From Cyanobacteria bacterium auto_48_18 (GTDB lineage Bacteria > Cyanobacteriota > Vampirovibrionia > Obscuribacterales > Obscuribacteraceae): 64,000 nucleotides of DNA. The DNA is taken from the NCBI GenBank assembly GCA_036170915.1, contig JAVHQC010000011.1, positions 1-64,000 on the forward strand, given 5' to 3'. Position numbers and translations under genes: made by a program. The notes beneath the pieces are model-generated. The model did no database searches. It was not told the origin of the DNA and was given only the letters and a program-made list of their open reading frames with translations. This document shows positions 20,207 to 30,975 of this stretch, piece by piece (position 1 is the first letter of the stretch; each line of letters begins with the position of its first letter).

Positions 20207-21313
20207 ATGAATGTCACCACTGACATTCGCGGCGGCTCAGCTAAAGAAATAATTTTAGAGATCTGCTCTGAGTGGCCTGCCGATATGGTACTACTAGGCT
20301 CCCACCGTTTGGCCAGCTTACAGCGCTTTGCCCGCGGTAGCGTATCACTGGCTGTAACTCGAACCCAATTTAATATCTCAGCAGGAGCAAAACATATGAA
20401 GGTTCTCGTTGCAATTGATGACGCCGTCTCGGCTAAGGTCGTTTGTCAGTTTGTATCTAATCACAAATGGCCAGACGACACTGAATTGATGCTAACTCAC
20501 GCTGTCGACCCCGCCAGTTTTGACCTCAATAATATTGCCTTCAGCGATCTTGTAAATATCACTGAAACGGAAGCAGAATCAGATGCGCAGAAATTACTCA
20601 GTAGCCTGGCTGCAACAATCAGCTGGAGCCATCCAAAAGTTAACTGCCAAACTCAGATTGTTCGAGGAGAACCTGCTGACTCCATCATTCAGCTCACTCA
20701 ATCCTGGTCTGCTGATTTACTCATAGCTGGCTCACATGGCCGTTCTGGTTTTAAAAAAATTCTACTCGGTAGTGTTTCGATGACACTTCTGGCAAAAGCA
20801 CAGTGTTCAGTGCTCCTGGTTAAACCTGATCTGGTTCAAGATGATGAAAGCTTGAAATCCAAAAATAAATCGACCACGCCGATTATTGGCAGAATTCTAA
20901 TTGCCATGGATGAGACTGAAGTTTCCGATGAACTTATAACCTTCGTCACACAGCACATCTGGTCTAAGGCGGCACAGTTCAAAATTATTTCTGTAGTGCA
21001 CTATGCCCACACCATTGGTGTTTATCCTCCTCCAGAGATAGCCGGTCGTCTGGAGGCGATTTTAGATCAACGCCGTGCACACATGAAAATAGCTGTTGAG
21101 AAACTTCAAAAAGCACTTCCGAACCACAGTGTAATATCAGAAATAGTGGAAGGCGATCCCAAAGAAGAGATTGCCGAATTTGCAAAACACTGGTATGCCA
21201 GTATGGTAATCATCGGGCACCACAACCGCAAAGGTTGGGCAAAATTATTTGGCAGCACTTCTCTTGCCACTTTTTGCAATGCGCAATGCTCGGTGTTGAT
21301 GATTAGGAACTAG
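20207..21313 (+). CDS. Universal stress protein, two USP domains preceded by a half-domain
   Basis: MKVLVAIDD at 20396 after AGGAG, GSHGRSG...LLGSVS, and a second domain RILIAMD...GHHNRKG. Confidence 0.9.
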   Translation: MNVTTDIRGGSAKEIILEICSEWPADMVLLGSHRLASLQRFARGSVSLAVTRTQFNISAGAKHMKVLVAIDDAVSAKVVCQFVSNHKWPDDTELMLTHAVDPASFDLNNIAFSDLVNITETEAESDAQKLLSSLAATISWSHPKVNCQTQIVRGEPADSIIQLTQSWSADLLIAGSHGRSGFKKILLGSVSMTLLAKAQCSVLLVKPDLVQDDESLKSKNKSTTPIIGRILIAMDETEVSDELITFVTQHIWSKAAQFKIISVVHYAHTIGVYPPPEIAGRLEAILDQRRAHMKIAVEKLQKALPNHSVISEIVEGDPKEEIAEFAKHWYASMVIIGHHNRKGWAKLFGSTSLATFCNAQCSVLMIRN

Positions 21314-21384
21314 CTTAAGAGCAAGATCAATCTTCCTCTGCTACTAGCTTGTGAATTAATGGCTCTATTAGTTAAACCACAGTT

Positions 21385-22290
21385 TTAAGCTCTTTCAAGA
21401 TTACCTGCCGAAATCACTTGCTGCTCAGTGCAATCAGGTTGCTTCGGAGGCAAAAGCAAGGTTGCAGATGCCCCTAGATCTCGCACAAAATGATCAAGAG
21501 CTTGTCCTGTACAAAGATATTTTCCGATTTTGGTACTGCTTGTGGTTATTACCAGTAACGATTCTTTTTCCTTTTTCGCCGCGTCTGAATAGAAATCTTC
21601 TATCTCGTGAAGCTTTTTGCCTATTACAGCGACATTTGATTTAGTCGGTAGGTCAGCCTGCACCTGGTCAACAAGTTGACTTATGGTTTTCAGTCGACCA
21701 GTACAAACGATTTGCGCCTCGATGTCAAAATCTTGCTTGAGCTTTAGAAAATAGTTTAAAACGGACGTGTTATAGGTTTCTTCGCAAACCACCAGTCGAG
21801 CTCGTTCCCAGATGTGGCAAGGCCGCTGTACTATCAATATTGGTGTGGCGCAAGCTTCAGCAACTTGCTGACAGAGACTTTGTTTCATATGTCCATGTCT
21901 GAACTGGTTATCAAAACGACTGATTTCCTGATGTCCGATGATCAGCAAGTCATGATGCTCTGCTCGGCGGCAAATTTCTTCTTTTACGTTACCGTCGTCA
22001 ATTACCATTTCAACTGAAAGTTCGCTGCTAAACCTGGCCTCACAAGCGGTAACTAAAGTTTCGGCTAAAGATTTTAAGATCGTCTGCACGCTCTGATAGG
22101 CTGCCAGGTAAGGCCCGCTACCAATAATGCCAGGAAGCTCTTGACCAATTAGTTTCCACACGGCCTGACTGTTAACCACTGTTTGTACGGTTAATTTGGA
22201 ACCGGTTTTGCTGGCTAACAAGGCCGCGAGGTCCGCAGCCCACATAGCTTCCTGTGAACCATCCATAGCTAGCAGAAATGCCTTTTGCAT
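21385..22290 (-). CDS. Universal stress protein (long, divergent)
   Basis: FLLAMDGS, DLLIIGH and TPILIVQ. Start set at MQKAF. Paralogue of 43555-44490. Confidence 0.8.
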   Translation of the reverse strand: MQKAFLLAMDGSQEAMWAADLAALLASKTGSKLTVQTVVNSQAVWKLIGQELPGIIGSGPYLAAYQSVQTILKSLAETLVTACEARFSSELSVEMVIDDGNVKEEICRRAEHHDLLIIGHQEISRFDNQFRHGHMKQSLCQQVAEACATPILIVQRPCHIWERARLVVCEETYNTSVLNYFLKLKQDFDIEAQIVCTGRLKTISQLVDQVQADLPTKSNVAVIGKKLHEIEDFYSDAAKKEKESLLVITTSSTKIGKYLCTGQALDHFVRDLGASATLLLPPKQPDCTEQQVISAGNLERA

Positions 22291-22378
22291 TAGCCTTGAC
22301 CTTTTTGTACTTAACAAATCTATTAAACAAAAATACAAGGCAATCAGGCATCGACTGTAGGGATTAATCCCGTTGGCC

Positions 22379-23287
22379 TTATTGCCGTGGTGTGGGCTTT
22401 TTGCTTTCAGGTAAGGATTTTAAAAAATCGACCATGGCACTCATTTCTTGCGGAGATAGGTGCAAGGTGCGAATCATTTCTGGTTCATCATTGCCGCCTC
22501 GCAAGACCGCTTCCATTTCGGATCTACTCATCCTTGACGCGATTCCATCTAGCCTGGGGCCAAATCTTGTGGCTGCGCCATCGATTGTGTGGCATGCGGC
22601 GCATCCTCTGCTAAGAAACAAGGCACGACCTTTTTTTATTGATTCGGCACCACCAGAAGTGGCAGTGGTTTCCGCTTTAGTTGTTTTTGTTTCTTTTTTA
22701 GGAGCTGCCTTAGCATGCGTTGTTACTAGAAAACCATTTTCTGGGTCCGGTAAAGTGAGCAGGTAGGCTGTTATTAATTTCGCCTGGTCTAAATCAATAC
22801 CCAGATGCGGCATGATATTTGAACGACCGCCAAACAACACCGGAAATTCAAGCATCTGCTTTTCGGGGTCGAGAAGATGCGCGGTTATGAACTGTTCTCC
22901 GCGAGCCCCGCCAATACCATCAAGGGGAGGCCCTAGAGTACCACCTGCGCCCTCGGCCTCGTGGCAGCTGGCACAATTGTGTTTTTGGTAGAGGAGCTTG
23001 CCCTGACGGCTGGCATCAGACTTTGCTGGTGGTGTGTAACCGCTCGGAGGAAGGCGATAATGCTGTACAGTGCCGGCGCATTGGTTCATTCCTTCGGCCA
23101 GGTCTGGCACCGGTGTTGTAGGCCCTGGCAACTCTTTGCCGCTTTTATGCAGGCCGGTTACGGCGGGGGCGTTATGGTTTATCTTGCCTGAATAAATTTG
23201 CCTTTTGGCAAAAAGAGGTGCACTGCAAAACAAGATTGCGCACAGCAGCGATACCATTTTTGACGCGTTACGTAAGCCTCTGGTCAT
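22379..23287 (-). CDS. Exported di-heme cytochrome c
   Basis: Signal peptide. CASCH and CAACH, each followed by GP.LDGI. Confidence 0.9.
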   Translation of the reverse strand: MTRGLRNASKMVSLLCAILFCSAPLFAKRQIYSGKINHNAPAVTGLHKSGKELPGPTTPVPDLAEGMNQCAGTVQHYRLPPSGYTPPAKSDASRQGKLLYQKHNCASCHEAEGAGGTLGPPLDGIGGARGEQFITAHLLDPEKQMLEFPVLFGGRSNIMPHLGIDLDQAKLITAYLLTLPDPENGFLVTTHAKAAPKKETKTTKAETTATSGGAESIKKGRALFLSRGCAACHTIDGAATRFGPRLDGIASRMSRSEMEAVLRGGNDEPEMIRTLHLSPQEMSAMVDFLKSLPESKKPTPRQ

Positions 23288-23288
23288 T

Positions 23289-23726
23289 TTATATTACTGT
23301 TACCGAACACGGGGAATGCTCCACTACTGCCCGCCCCACGCTGCCGGGCCGATTGGTTGGGCAAATGTCTTTACCATGTGACCCTACAAGAATGGAATCG
23401 GCAGACCACGCTTCTGCTTCTTTGACGATTTCTGCCCAGGGTGCACCGTCTTTGATTTGATATACAGTACTGGTCTGCGGAAAAGTAGACTCTATTTTTT
23501 TACAGACTTTTTCACACAGGTGGCCGGCATCGTTTTTGCGCTGCTCGTAGATCTCCGCGGCGGTGTGGGAAAATTCGGATATGGTCACATCTTTAAACGA
23601 AACACAAACTGGCTCGAGGACTGTAATAATTTTGAATTCGGTGTTTGCAGGCCAGTCTCGCTCAAGCACAGAATCAACAACTTTGTCTGAGGTGGGGCTA
23701 TCGTCGATTGCTAGAATGATTTTCAT
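23289..23726 (-). CDS. Universal stress protein
   Basis: MKIILAIDDS, VGSHG, GSVGRAVVEHSPCSV. Confidence 0.9.
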   Translation of the reverse strand: MKIILAIDDSPTSDKVVDSVLERDWPANTEFKIITVLEPVCVSFKDVTISEFSHTAAEIYEQRKNDAGHLCEKVCKKIESTFPQTSTVYQIKDGAPWAEIVKEAEAWSADSILVGSHGKDICPTNRPGSVGRAVVEHSPCSVTVI

Positions 23727-23790
23727 TGCTTGAGCCTATGCAGAGTGCTGATACCTATGCCAAGTTTAGCGATAGAGGAAAAGTTTTACA

Positions 23791-23806
23791 TCATTCGCGT
23801 GGATGA
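23791..23806. promoter_or_regulatory. 7-2-7 inverted-repeat box
   Basis: TCATTCG-CG-TGGATGA upstream of the USP/cytochrome unit. Confidence 0.6.
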
Positions 23807-23841
23807 TACTTGCTGTCTTCCTTAGTCTTTATCTTTGTTTT

Positions 23842-24720
23842 CTATCTCCGCATTTGTTTTCTAAGCCAGTCGTACCAGCTATTTAGGCCGCTACCTTGGC
23901 GAGCTGAAATTTCAATGATTTTGATTTTCGGATTGACTGAAAGAGCATATTGTTTGCACAACTCGATGTCAAAATCGAGTTGTGGCAGCAAATCGATTTT
24001 GTTTAAAAGCAATATTTCAGCTGCCCTAAACATGTGGGGATACTTTACTGGTTTGTCCTCACCTTCGGTGATTGAGAGAATAGCCACTTTGCTTTTCTCA
24101 CCTAAATCGAACAAGGCCGGACAAACCAAATTGCCCACATTTTCAATAAACAGCACCGAATCGCGTGGTGGATTTAATTGTTTGAGACCGGCCGCCAGCA
24201 TCTGAGCATCGAGATGACAACCGGCCCCTGTATTGATTTGCACCACAGGGCAACCAGTCTTCTTGATGCGCTCGGCATCATTGAGAGTGGCCTGGTCTCC
24301 TTCAACCACACAAATTGAAAATTCATTTTGTAAATCTTTGATGGTACGCTCCAGCAGCGCTGTTTTACCAGCACCAGGAGCGCTGACTAAATTCAGAGCC
24401 AGTATATTTGTGCCTTCAAACCAGCCTCGATTTCTTTCGGCGAGAAGGTCATTTTTAGCGAGGATTTTTTCTTCTAGAGTAATTGTAGTAGAGACTTTGT
24501 GGGTGTGTTGATGATCGTGATCATGCCCGTGCTCATGCACATGATTATGTGTGTGGTCATGGTCGTCATGGCTATGCCCGTGACTGTGGCTGTGATTATG
24601 GCTATGATCATGGTGGCTTGTATCCACGTCTTGGTCGCTCAACATCGAGACTGAATTACCGGTTTGCAAATTTACTATTTTTGGGCTGGCATCATCTGAA
24701 CATCCACAAGTTGTGCACAT
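23842..24720 (-). CDS. hypB: Hydrogenase nickel incorporation GTPase HypB
   Basis: MCTTCGC N-terminus, His-rich tract, GAGKT, CHLDA and ENVGNLVCP. Confidence 0.97.
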   Translation of the reverse strand: MCTTCGCSDDASPKIVNLQTGNSVSMLSDQDVDTSHHDHSHNHSHSHGHSHDDHDHTHNHVHEHGHDHDHQHTHKVSTTITLEEKILAKNDLLAERNRGWFEGTNILALNLVSAPGAGKTALLERTIKDLQNEFSICVVEGDQATLNDAERIKKTGCPVVQINTGAGCHLDAQMLAAGLKQLNPPRDSVLFIENVGNLVCPALFDLGEKSKVAILSITEGEDKPVKYPHMFRAAEILLLNKIDLLPQLDFDIELCKQYALSVNPKIKIIEISARQGSGLNSWYDWLRKQMRR

Positions 24721-25049
24721 CACATCACCTCCATTTCTATTATGTTGAGTTCTTGACCGGCAAGGCAAACAATATCGCGAGAGCCGCATGGGCAAATTCC
24801 AGCCAGCAACGAAAGCTGCATTTCTTCTGAGCAGTGCTGACACTTACCGCGACCGGCTATTTCTTCAATTTCTAGGGTGGCTCCTTCTAAGAGAGTGTCT
24901 TGAGCACAGACATCAAAACAAAATCTGATCGCATCAGGCACAATTGCCGAGAGCATGCCGATTTCAAGCTTCACTCTAGTGACTTTTTGCTTGCCTGCTT
25001 TTTCACTAACGATGGCAACTATATTCTGGGTGACAGCGAGTTCGTGCAT
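24720..25049 (-). CDS. hypA: Hydrogenase nickel metallochaperone HypA
   Basis: MHEL N-terminus, CQHC, CPCGS and GQEL. Confidence 0.97.
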   Translation of the reverse strand: MHELAVTQNIVAIVSEKAGKQKVTRVKLEIGMLSAIVPDAIRFCFDVCAQDTLLEGATLEIEEIAGRGKCQHCSEEMQLSLLAGICPCGSRDIVCLAGQELNIIEMEVM

Positions 25050-26119
25050 TAGCAGATCCTCGGTAATTGATCGCCAACCAGCATGTCTACAATGCGCTCG
25101 CCACCAAATACAGTTTTTAAGATCACAGTTTCGGCCGGCGTACTAAAAACTTCGCCAATGATGGTGCTGTGTAACCCAGCCGGGTGATTGCGCATTGCTG
25201 CAAGTGCGGCCGAAGCCTGGTCGCGGGGTAAGATTATTACTACTTTTCCCTCATTTGCCAGGTAAAGCGCATCTAGACCAAGAATTTCGCACATGCCTCT
25301 GACCTCAGTGCGAATAGGAATTGCCGCCTCATCAATTTTGATGCAGCAACCGCTGCTGATGGCGAATTCATTCAGAACTGTTGCAATACCACCCCTGGTA
25401 GCATCACGCATACAATGCACTTGAGGACAGGCTGCAAGCAAGCTCTCAACTATGCCATTGAGAGGCTGACAGTCACTCTCAATATCATTTTCAATAGCGA
25501 GATCTCCTCTTGCTCCGACAATGGCCGCGCCGTGGTCGCCGATATAGCCGTTAATGAGAACGAGATCGCCAGGTGCTGCCAGTTGGGCGCCAACGTTAAT
25601 GTGCTTAGGTATGATACCAATGCCGGTGGTATTGATAAATATTTTGTCGGCTGCCCCGCGATCGACAACTTTGGTATCACCGGTAATTATTTTTACCCCG
25701 GCTGCATCAGCAGCCAGTTTCATTGAAGCTGTTATGCGGCGCAAGTCAGCTACCGGTAAACCTTCTTCAATGATGAAACTGCAGGTCAGGTAAAGGGCAA
25801 TTGCGCCTCCTACGGCTAAATCGTTGACAGTGCCGCAAACAGCCAGTTTGCCGATATCACCACCAGCAAAGAAAATCGGATCCACTACATATGAGTCGGT
25901 GGTGATCGCCAGCCTGTCACCAAGTTTGGTCAAGGCTGAAAGATCAACTCTTGCTTGATCTTCCATCATCAGCAATTCTTGATTGTCGAAACTTTTTAAG
26001 ATCACATCTTCAATTAAGTCGCGCATGGCCTTACCGCCGCCGCCGTGAGACATATTGATGGTCTCACTGGTCAAGATGCCACTACGCCGGCGCGTTGCTT
26101 TAGGGTTACTGCTGCTCAT
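25049..26119 (-). CDS. hypE: Carbamoyl dehydratase HypE
   Basis: HGGGG, GDTKVV, MRDATRGG and C-terminal PRIC. Confidence 0.97.
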   Translation of the reverse strand: MSSSNPKATRRRSGILTSETINMSHGGGGKAMRDLIEDVILKSFDNQELLMMEDQARVDLSALTKLGDRLAITTDSYVVDPIFFAGGDIGKLAVCGTVNDLAVGGAIALYLTCSFIIEEGLPVADLRRITASMKLAADAAGVKIITGDTKVVDRGAADKIFINTTGIGIIPKHINVGAQLAAPGDLVLINGYIGDHGAAIVGARGDLAIENDIESDCQPLNGIVESLLAACPQVHCMRDATRGGIATVLNEFAISSGCCIKIDEAAIPIRTEVRGMCEILGLDALYLANEGKVVIILPRDQASAALAAMRNHPAGLHSTIIGEVFSTPAETVILKTVFGGERIVDMLVGDQLPRIC

Positions 26120-27276
26120 GGCAGAGCCTCCTGCTTTTCCCTGGCCAGCTTCAAGGCCAACAATTCAGGAAGACTGCCAAAGTTGTAGTAGGCCGCGCAG
26201 GCGCCCTCTGACGAGACCATGAGTGCTCCCATTGGCGTTTCAGGAGTACATGCGCCGGCAAATACTTTGCATTGCCAGGGTTTAATTGCGCCTCTTAGTA
26301 CGTCGCCGCACTGACATGATTTTGGATCTGTAATTTTGACATTTGGCACCGCAAATTTTCTTTCAGCGTCAAATCTGGCGTACTCGTCTTTTATTTTGAT
26401 GCCCGAGTTATCGATAGAACCAAGCCCTCGCCATTCGAAAAATTCTCTCAGTTCAAAGACACGTTCCATTGCTACCAGAGCTTGTCGATTACCTCTGCTT
26501 GCCACCACTCGCGCGTACTGATTTTCAACCTCGGCCCGTTGCTCTGCGATTTGCTTAATCAAAAGCCAGATTGACTGCAATATATCGAGTGGTTCAAAGC
26601 CTGTGATCACAATTGGTTTTCTATATTTTTCAGCGACAAAGTTAAAAGGCTTCTCGCCCACTACCATGCTCACATGGCCTGGTGCCACGAATCCGTCAAG
26701 TTGCATATCTGAAGTATTCAAAATTGATTCTATTATGGGCACGGTGGTAATGTGATTGCAGAATAGAGAAAAGTTGTCTAAGCCATCAGCTTCGGCTTGA
26801 AGTACAGTCAGTGCCGTGCTTGGCATTGTTGTTTCAAAGCCCAGAGCAAAAAATATAACTTCGCGATTTTTATTTTCGTGGGCCAGACGCAGCGCATCTA
26901 GTGGTGAATAAACCATGCGCACATCAGCCCCATCTGCTTTTGCCTGAAGCAAGCTCATTTTTGATCCGGGCACCCGCATAGCGTCGCCAAATGTGGTGAG
27001 AATCACCTCTGGTCTTTGTGCCAGCGAAACACAGTCGTCAACTCGACCCATGGGCAACACACATACTGGGCAACCGGGACCGTGCACAAGTTCGATGCAT
27101 TTTGGCAATAATTGTTCAATGCCGTAGCGAAAAATTGTATGAGTGTGGCCTCCGCAAAATTCCATCAACTGTATGGGCCGTTGTTTGGAAAATTCGATCA
27201 CTTCAACCAGTTCGTTTATTTCCCGCACTAAAGTCTGTGCTAAAGCCGGGTCGCGAAATTCATCTACGTATTTCAT
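26116..27276 (-). CDS. hypD: Hydrogenase formation protein HypD
   Basis: MEFCGGHTH, GPGCPVC, GFETT and MVSSEGACAAYY. Confidence 0.97.
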   Translation of the reverse strand: MKYVDEFRDPALAQTLVREINELVEVIEFSKQRPIQLMEFCGGHTHTIFRYGIEQLLPKCIELVHGPGCPVCVLPMGRVDDCVSLAQRPEVILTTFGDAMRVPGSKMSLLQAKADGADVRMVYSPLDALRLAHENKNREVIFFALGFETTMPSTALTVLQAEADGLDNFSLFCNHITTVPIIESILNTSDMQLDGFVAPGHVSMVVGEKPFNFVAEKYRKPIVITGFEPLDILQSIWLLIKQIAEQRAEVENQYARVVASRGNRQALVAMERVFELREFFEWRGLGSIDNSGIKIKDEYARFDAERKFAVPNVKITDPKSCQCGDVLRGAIKPWQCKVFAGACTPETPMGALMVSSEGACAAYYNFGSLPELLALKLAREKQEALP

Positions 27277-27551
27277 ATGATGGTGCTCGTCATTGAGTCT
27301 AGTTCTTTTTGTGCCTCACCCAACTCTTGCAAGAGTGCCAGAGTCTTTTTTGCCTCTTCTTCTTCAATGCGGCTCATAGCGAAACCGACGTGCACCAGCA
27401 CCCATTCACCCAGACACGAATTGATGGGATGGTCTTGATCAACGATGCAAGTAATGTTGACTTCACGCCGAATTCCAGAAATAGCAACTTTTGCCAGATT
27501 TTTTTCGGGGTCGACTATTTCCACTATTTGACCAGGTATGCCAAGACACAT
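27273..27551 (-). CDS. hypC: HypC/HupF chaperone
   Basis: MCLGIPG and VLVHVGFA. Start moved to 27551. Confidence 0.97.
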   Translation of the reverse strand: MCLGIPGQIVEIVDPEKNLAKVAISGIRREVNITCIVDQDHPINSCLGEWVLVHVGFAMSRIEEEEAKKTLALLQELGEAQKELDSMTSTII

Positions 27552-27555
27552 GGTT

Positions 27556-29985
27556 TTATTCCTCATTTTGTCGAATTTGTATGGCCGCACAAATCATTGC
27601 TTGACCCAGAGCCAGCCCACCATCATTGGCTGGCACCTGCCTGTGCGTTAAAACGTTAAATGAATCTGCTTCGAGGGCGCTCTTTACCAGCTTTTCTAAA
27701 ATTTTATTTTGAAAAACACCACCAGATAGCGCAATAGTGGTCAGCTGCTTTTCTTCGCGCATAATCAACTGTTTCGCCATGGCAACTATAGAATTTGCCA
27801 GGGCTTGATGAAAGCGGGCCGCTATAATTTCTCTCTTTGTCCCTCGCAGCAAATCATCAAGAATAGCTTGCCAGACTGGTTTTGGGTCAATGTATGGCCC
27901 AGCACCATTATTCTCATTGCTTATATCAAATACGTAGACTTCGCCATCGTCGAGTTCTTCTAATAGTTCTAGATTCACAATGGCTTCTAACTCTATGGCC
28001 GCCTGACCTTCATAAGTAGCAAGCTCGCGACAGATATTCAGTGCCGCGGCAACTGCATCAAAAAGTCGGCCGCACGATGAAGCCATGGGTGAGTTAAATT
28101 GTGAGGCCAGCATTTTATTTAGTGTCGCCAGCGGTTTCGTCTCGAAAAATTTGGTCAGCTCGAGGTCCGCATATTTGTGTTTGAAGTCTGTCCAATTTAT
28201 GCAGCTGATCACATGCGCGTAAGTATTTCGCCAGGGTTCTTTCATGGCCAGGTTGCCACCAAGCAAAGCCACAGGCTTGAAGCTACCGAGCCGCTCGAAA
28301 GAGTGGTAATCAGCCACCATGAACTCTCCGCCCCAGAATGTATTGTCGCTGCCAAAGCCCAGACCGTCTAAAGCGATGCCCAAGACAGGGCCGGCATCGT
28401 ATGCATAATTATTGTCGGCCAGGCAGGAGGCAATATGAGCATGGTGATGCTGAATTTCGACCAGGTGCAAGGCTTGCTCGGCTGCCATAGCACGGCCTAA
28501 CTTACTCGACAAATATTCAGGATGCAAATCTACGGCTATGTGCTTTGCTTCGTGTTGATAAAGGTCTTTATACAATGCCAAGTTATGTTTGTAGTCAGCA
28601 AAGGTATTTGCTTCTTCAAGATCGCCTAGATGTTGTGAGACTATGGCTTTGCCGTTCTTTATTAAGCAGAAGCTATTTTTCAGCTCGCTGCCCATGGCAA
28701 GAAGATCAGGGGCTTTCTCAAAGCCTTGAGGCAGCGGTATCGGATTTGGTGCTAAGCCTCTACCACGTCGCAAGTAAGTTTTTTGTTCACAGCTAACTTG
28801 CGCCACCGAATCGTCCAGGCGATTGACTATTTTTCTATCGTGCATGAGCAGGTAGTCGGCAATCTGGGCCAGACTTTTTCTGGCGCTGTCATTGTCGATA
28901 CACTGCGGTTCTTCTGAGCGGTTGCCGGAGGTCAGAACTATGGGCCCGCTGAGTTGCTCAAAGAGCAGGTGATGCAGTGGAGTGTACGGAAGCATGAAGC
29001 CCAAGGTCTTTTGACCAGGAGCCACCGAGGGGGCTATCTCTGAACAGTTTTGTTTTTGAGTAAGCTTCGCGAGCACCACTATTGGTGCAGAAGTGTCGGC
29101 TATTGTCTTTGTCTCAATGGTGTTCAGACAACAATAATTTTCAATCATGGCAATATTTTTGGCCATCAGCGCAAATGGTTTTTCATATCGCTGTTTGCGC
29201 TGCCGCATGCGGGCCACAGCATTTTCATTGGTAGCGTCGCAAGCCAGGTGGAATCCACCGATACCCTTAATCGCTACGATTGCTCCCTGCTCAATTAGTT
29301 TTGCCGCAGACTCGATATGATCGTCGGGCAATGTCACGTCAGAAGGCACATGTGTGCCGGTGGCCTCAAGCCAAACTCTTGGACCACAGGCGTGGCAGGC
29401 GTTGGGTTGAGCGTGAAAGCGGCGATCGTGCGGATCGTCATATTCGCTCTGGCAATCGTTGCACATTGCAAAAACATCCATGCTTGTGCAAGCACGGTCA
29501 TATGGAATTGACCTGACAATAGAAAAGCGTGGTCCACAGTGCGTGCAATTCGTAAACGGATAACGAAAGCGACGATTAAGCGGGTTGAATACATCTTCAA
29601 GACAATCACTGCAAACTGCGGCGTCTGCTGAAACATTAGTTGCCGACTGACCTTTTGCGCTGCTTACAATCAAAAATGCAGTTGGTATTCTGCACAAATT
29701 TTCACTCAGTTCACCAAGCTCTTCAATAACAGTGTGTTCTATGGCTTCAATTTTAGCCAAGGGTGGTGACTGGGTGCTAATTGATTGAAGAAATTTGGTC
29801 AGTTCAAATTCTCGAGCCCAAGCTTCTATCAAAACTCCTTCGCCATCATTGAAAACACGGCCAGTTATGCCTAAGTCTGTGGCCAGCTTGAAAACTGTGG
29901 GTCGAAAGCCGACTCCCTGTACTGTGCCGCGCACTCTTATTTGCCAACATATTACTGACTGATTTTCCAGCTTTGGCAAAATCAT
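27556..29985 (-). CDS. hypF: Carbamoyltransferase HypF
   Basis: Acylphosphatase domain VQGVGFRP, two zinc fingers, QHHHAH and PANDGG. Confidence 0.97.
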   Translation of the reverse strand: MILPKLENQSVICWQIRVRGTVQGVGFRPTVFKLATDLGITGRVFNDGEGVLIEAWAREFELTKFLQSISTQSPPLAKIEAIEHTVIEELGELSENLCRIPTAFLIVSSAKGQSATNVSADAAVCSDCLEDVFNPLNRRFRYPFTNCTHCGPRFSIVRSIPYDRACTSMDVFAMCNDCQSEYDDPHDRRFHAQPNACHACGPRVWLEATGTHVPSDVTLPDDHIESAAKLIEQGAIVAIKGIGGFHLACDATNENAVARMRQRKQRYEKPFALMAKNIAMIENYCCLNTIETKTIADTSAPIVVLAKLTQKQNCSEIAPSVAPGQKTLGFMLPYTPLHHLLFEQLSGPIVLTSGNRSEEPQCIDNDSARKSLAQIADYLLMHDRKIVNRLDDSVAQVSCEQKTYLRRGRGLAPNPIPLPQGFEKAPDLLAMGSELKNSFCLIKNGKAIVSQHLGDLEEANTFADYKHNLALYKDLYQHEAKHIAVDLHPEYLSSKLGRAMAAEQALHLVEIQHHHAHIASCLADNNYAYDAGPVLGIALDGLGFGSDNTFWGGEFMVADYHSFERLGSFKPVALLGGNLAMKEPWRNTYAHVISCINWTDFKHKYADLELTKFFETKPLATLNKMLASQFNSPMASSCGRLFDAVAAALNICRELATYEGQAAIELEAIVNLELLEELDDGEVYVFDISNENNGAGPYIDPKPVWQAILDDLLRGTKREIIAARFHQALANSIVAMAKQLIMREEKQLTTIALSGGVFQNKILEKLVKSALEADSFNVLTHRQVPANDGGLALGQAMICAAIQIRQNEE

Positions 29986-30104
29986 ATTCTTGGCCTAAGT
30001 GTCAGCCACCGGATGTTTTTCATCAAAAGATCTTACCGCGCTTTGTCTGAAGATTATTCGTCTGAGCCATTCATATAATTATGGACATCAAACGGTAAAT
30101 GAAA

Positions 30105-30120
30105 TCATCCCCAGGGTTGA
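30105..30120. promoter_or_regulatory. 7-2-7 inverted-repeat box in the divergent hypF/cytochrome promoter
   Basis: TCATCCC-CA-GGGTTGA. Confidence 0.6.
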
Positions 30121-30165
30121 TGAATATATTTGCCGACAGGTGCAAGCTGGGAGCAATAATAATGG

Positions 30166-30954
30166 ATGAAGGTAATGATGCCCAGAAGCTTAAAACTGAA
30201 GATGCTGTTGCTTTTCTTGGCTCTCCTGACAATAAGTCATCCTGCAGGGGCCGGCGATGCAAAGAAAAAGGTACCCTTGAATGTTCAGGCCAAAGGTTAC
30301 ATGGCGCTTCCCGTTTCTGCTGACAGTAGGGCCGGCAGATTAATCTTCCAGAAGAACAATTGCGCCCAGTGTCACACTGCCTCGACTAATGGAGGCTGTC
30401 TTGGTCCGTTGCTAGCCGGAATTGGTGGGCGGCGTAGTAAAAAGTTCATTCTTCACCGCATTACTGCCGGGCAAGCTGAAGAGAGAGAGTTTGCCGCTCT
30501 TTACGGACAAGCAGAATTAATGCCGCATCCACGTTTGCCGCGAGAACAGTCGAGTCTAGTGGTATCGTATTTGATGACTCTACCAGAGCCCGAAGGTGGT
30601 TTTGCTGTTAAGCCTCATGCTCTTTCTAGTCAGGCGTTAAGCACTGCAACCACAACTGACCAACCCACGGCTCAATCTATAGCAGCAGGCAAGAAATTGT
30701 TTTACAATGCCGGCTGCATGTCATGCCATTCTATAGGTAAAGTTGGTGGTCAATTTGCCGCCGCGCTTGACGATGTCGGTAGCCGCAAAGGGCGCCAGTA
30801 TATAGCCGACCGCGTCAATGGTGCTGAAATGCTTACTTTGGGCTCTAATGATGAGTATAATCAACGTGGCACGTCGATGCCACCTTCTAATTTGAGCCCG
30901 GCCCAAGTCAAGTCGGTAACTGATTTTCTTATGTCACTCTCGACAAGAAAGTAA
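30166..30954 (+). CDS. Exported di-heme cytochrome c
   Basis: Signal peptide, CAQCH, CMSCH, MPHP and MPPS. Confidence 0.9.
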   Translation: MKVMMPRSLKLKMLLLFLALLTISHPAGAGDAKKKVPLNVQAKGYMALPVSADSRAGRLIFQKNNCAQCHTASTNGGCLGPLLAGIGGRRSKKFILHRITAGQAEEREFAALYGQAELMPHPRLPREQSSLVVSYLMTLPEPEGGFAVKPHALSSQALSTATTTDQPTAQSIAAGKKLFYNAGCMSCHSIGKVGGQFAAALDDVGSRKGRQYIADRVNGAEMLTLGSNDEYNQRGTSMPPSNLSPAQVKSVTDFLMSLSTRK

Positions 30955-30975
30955 GAAACTAAAAAGGGGTTCTTC

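Noticed and set aside
24500..24620. Low-complexity tgtg/catg/tgat repeats
   Set aside because: They encode the normal His-rich nickel-binding tract of HypB. Not a DNA repeat or CRISPR array.
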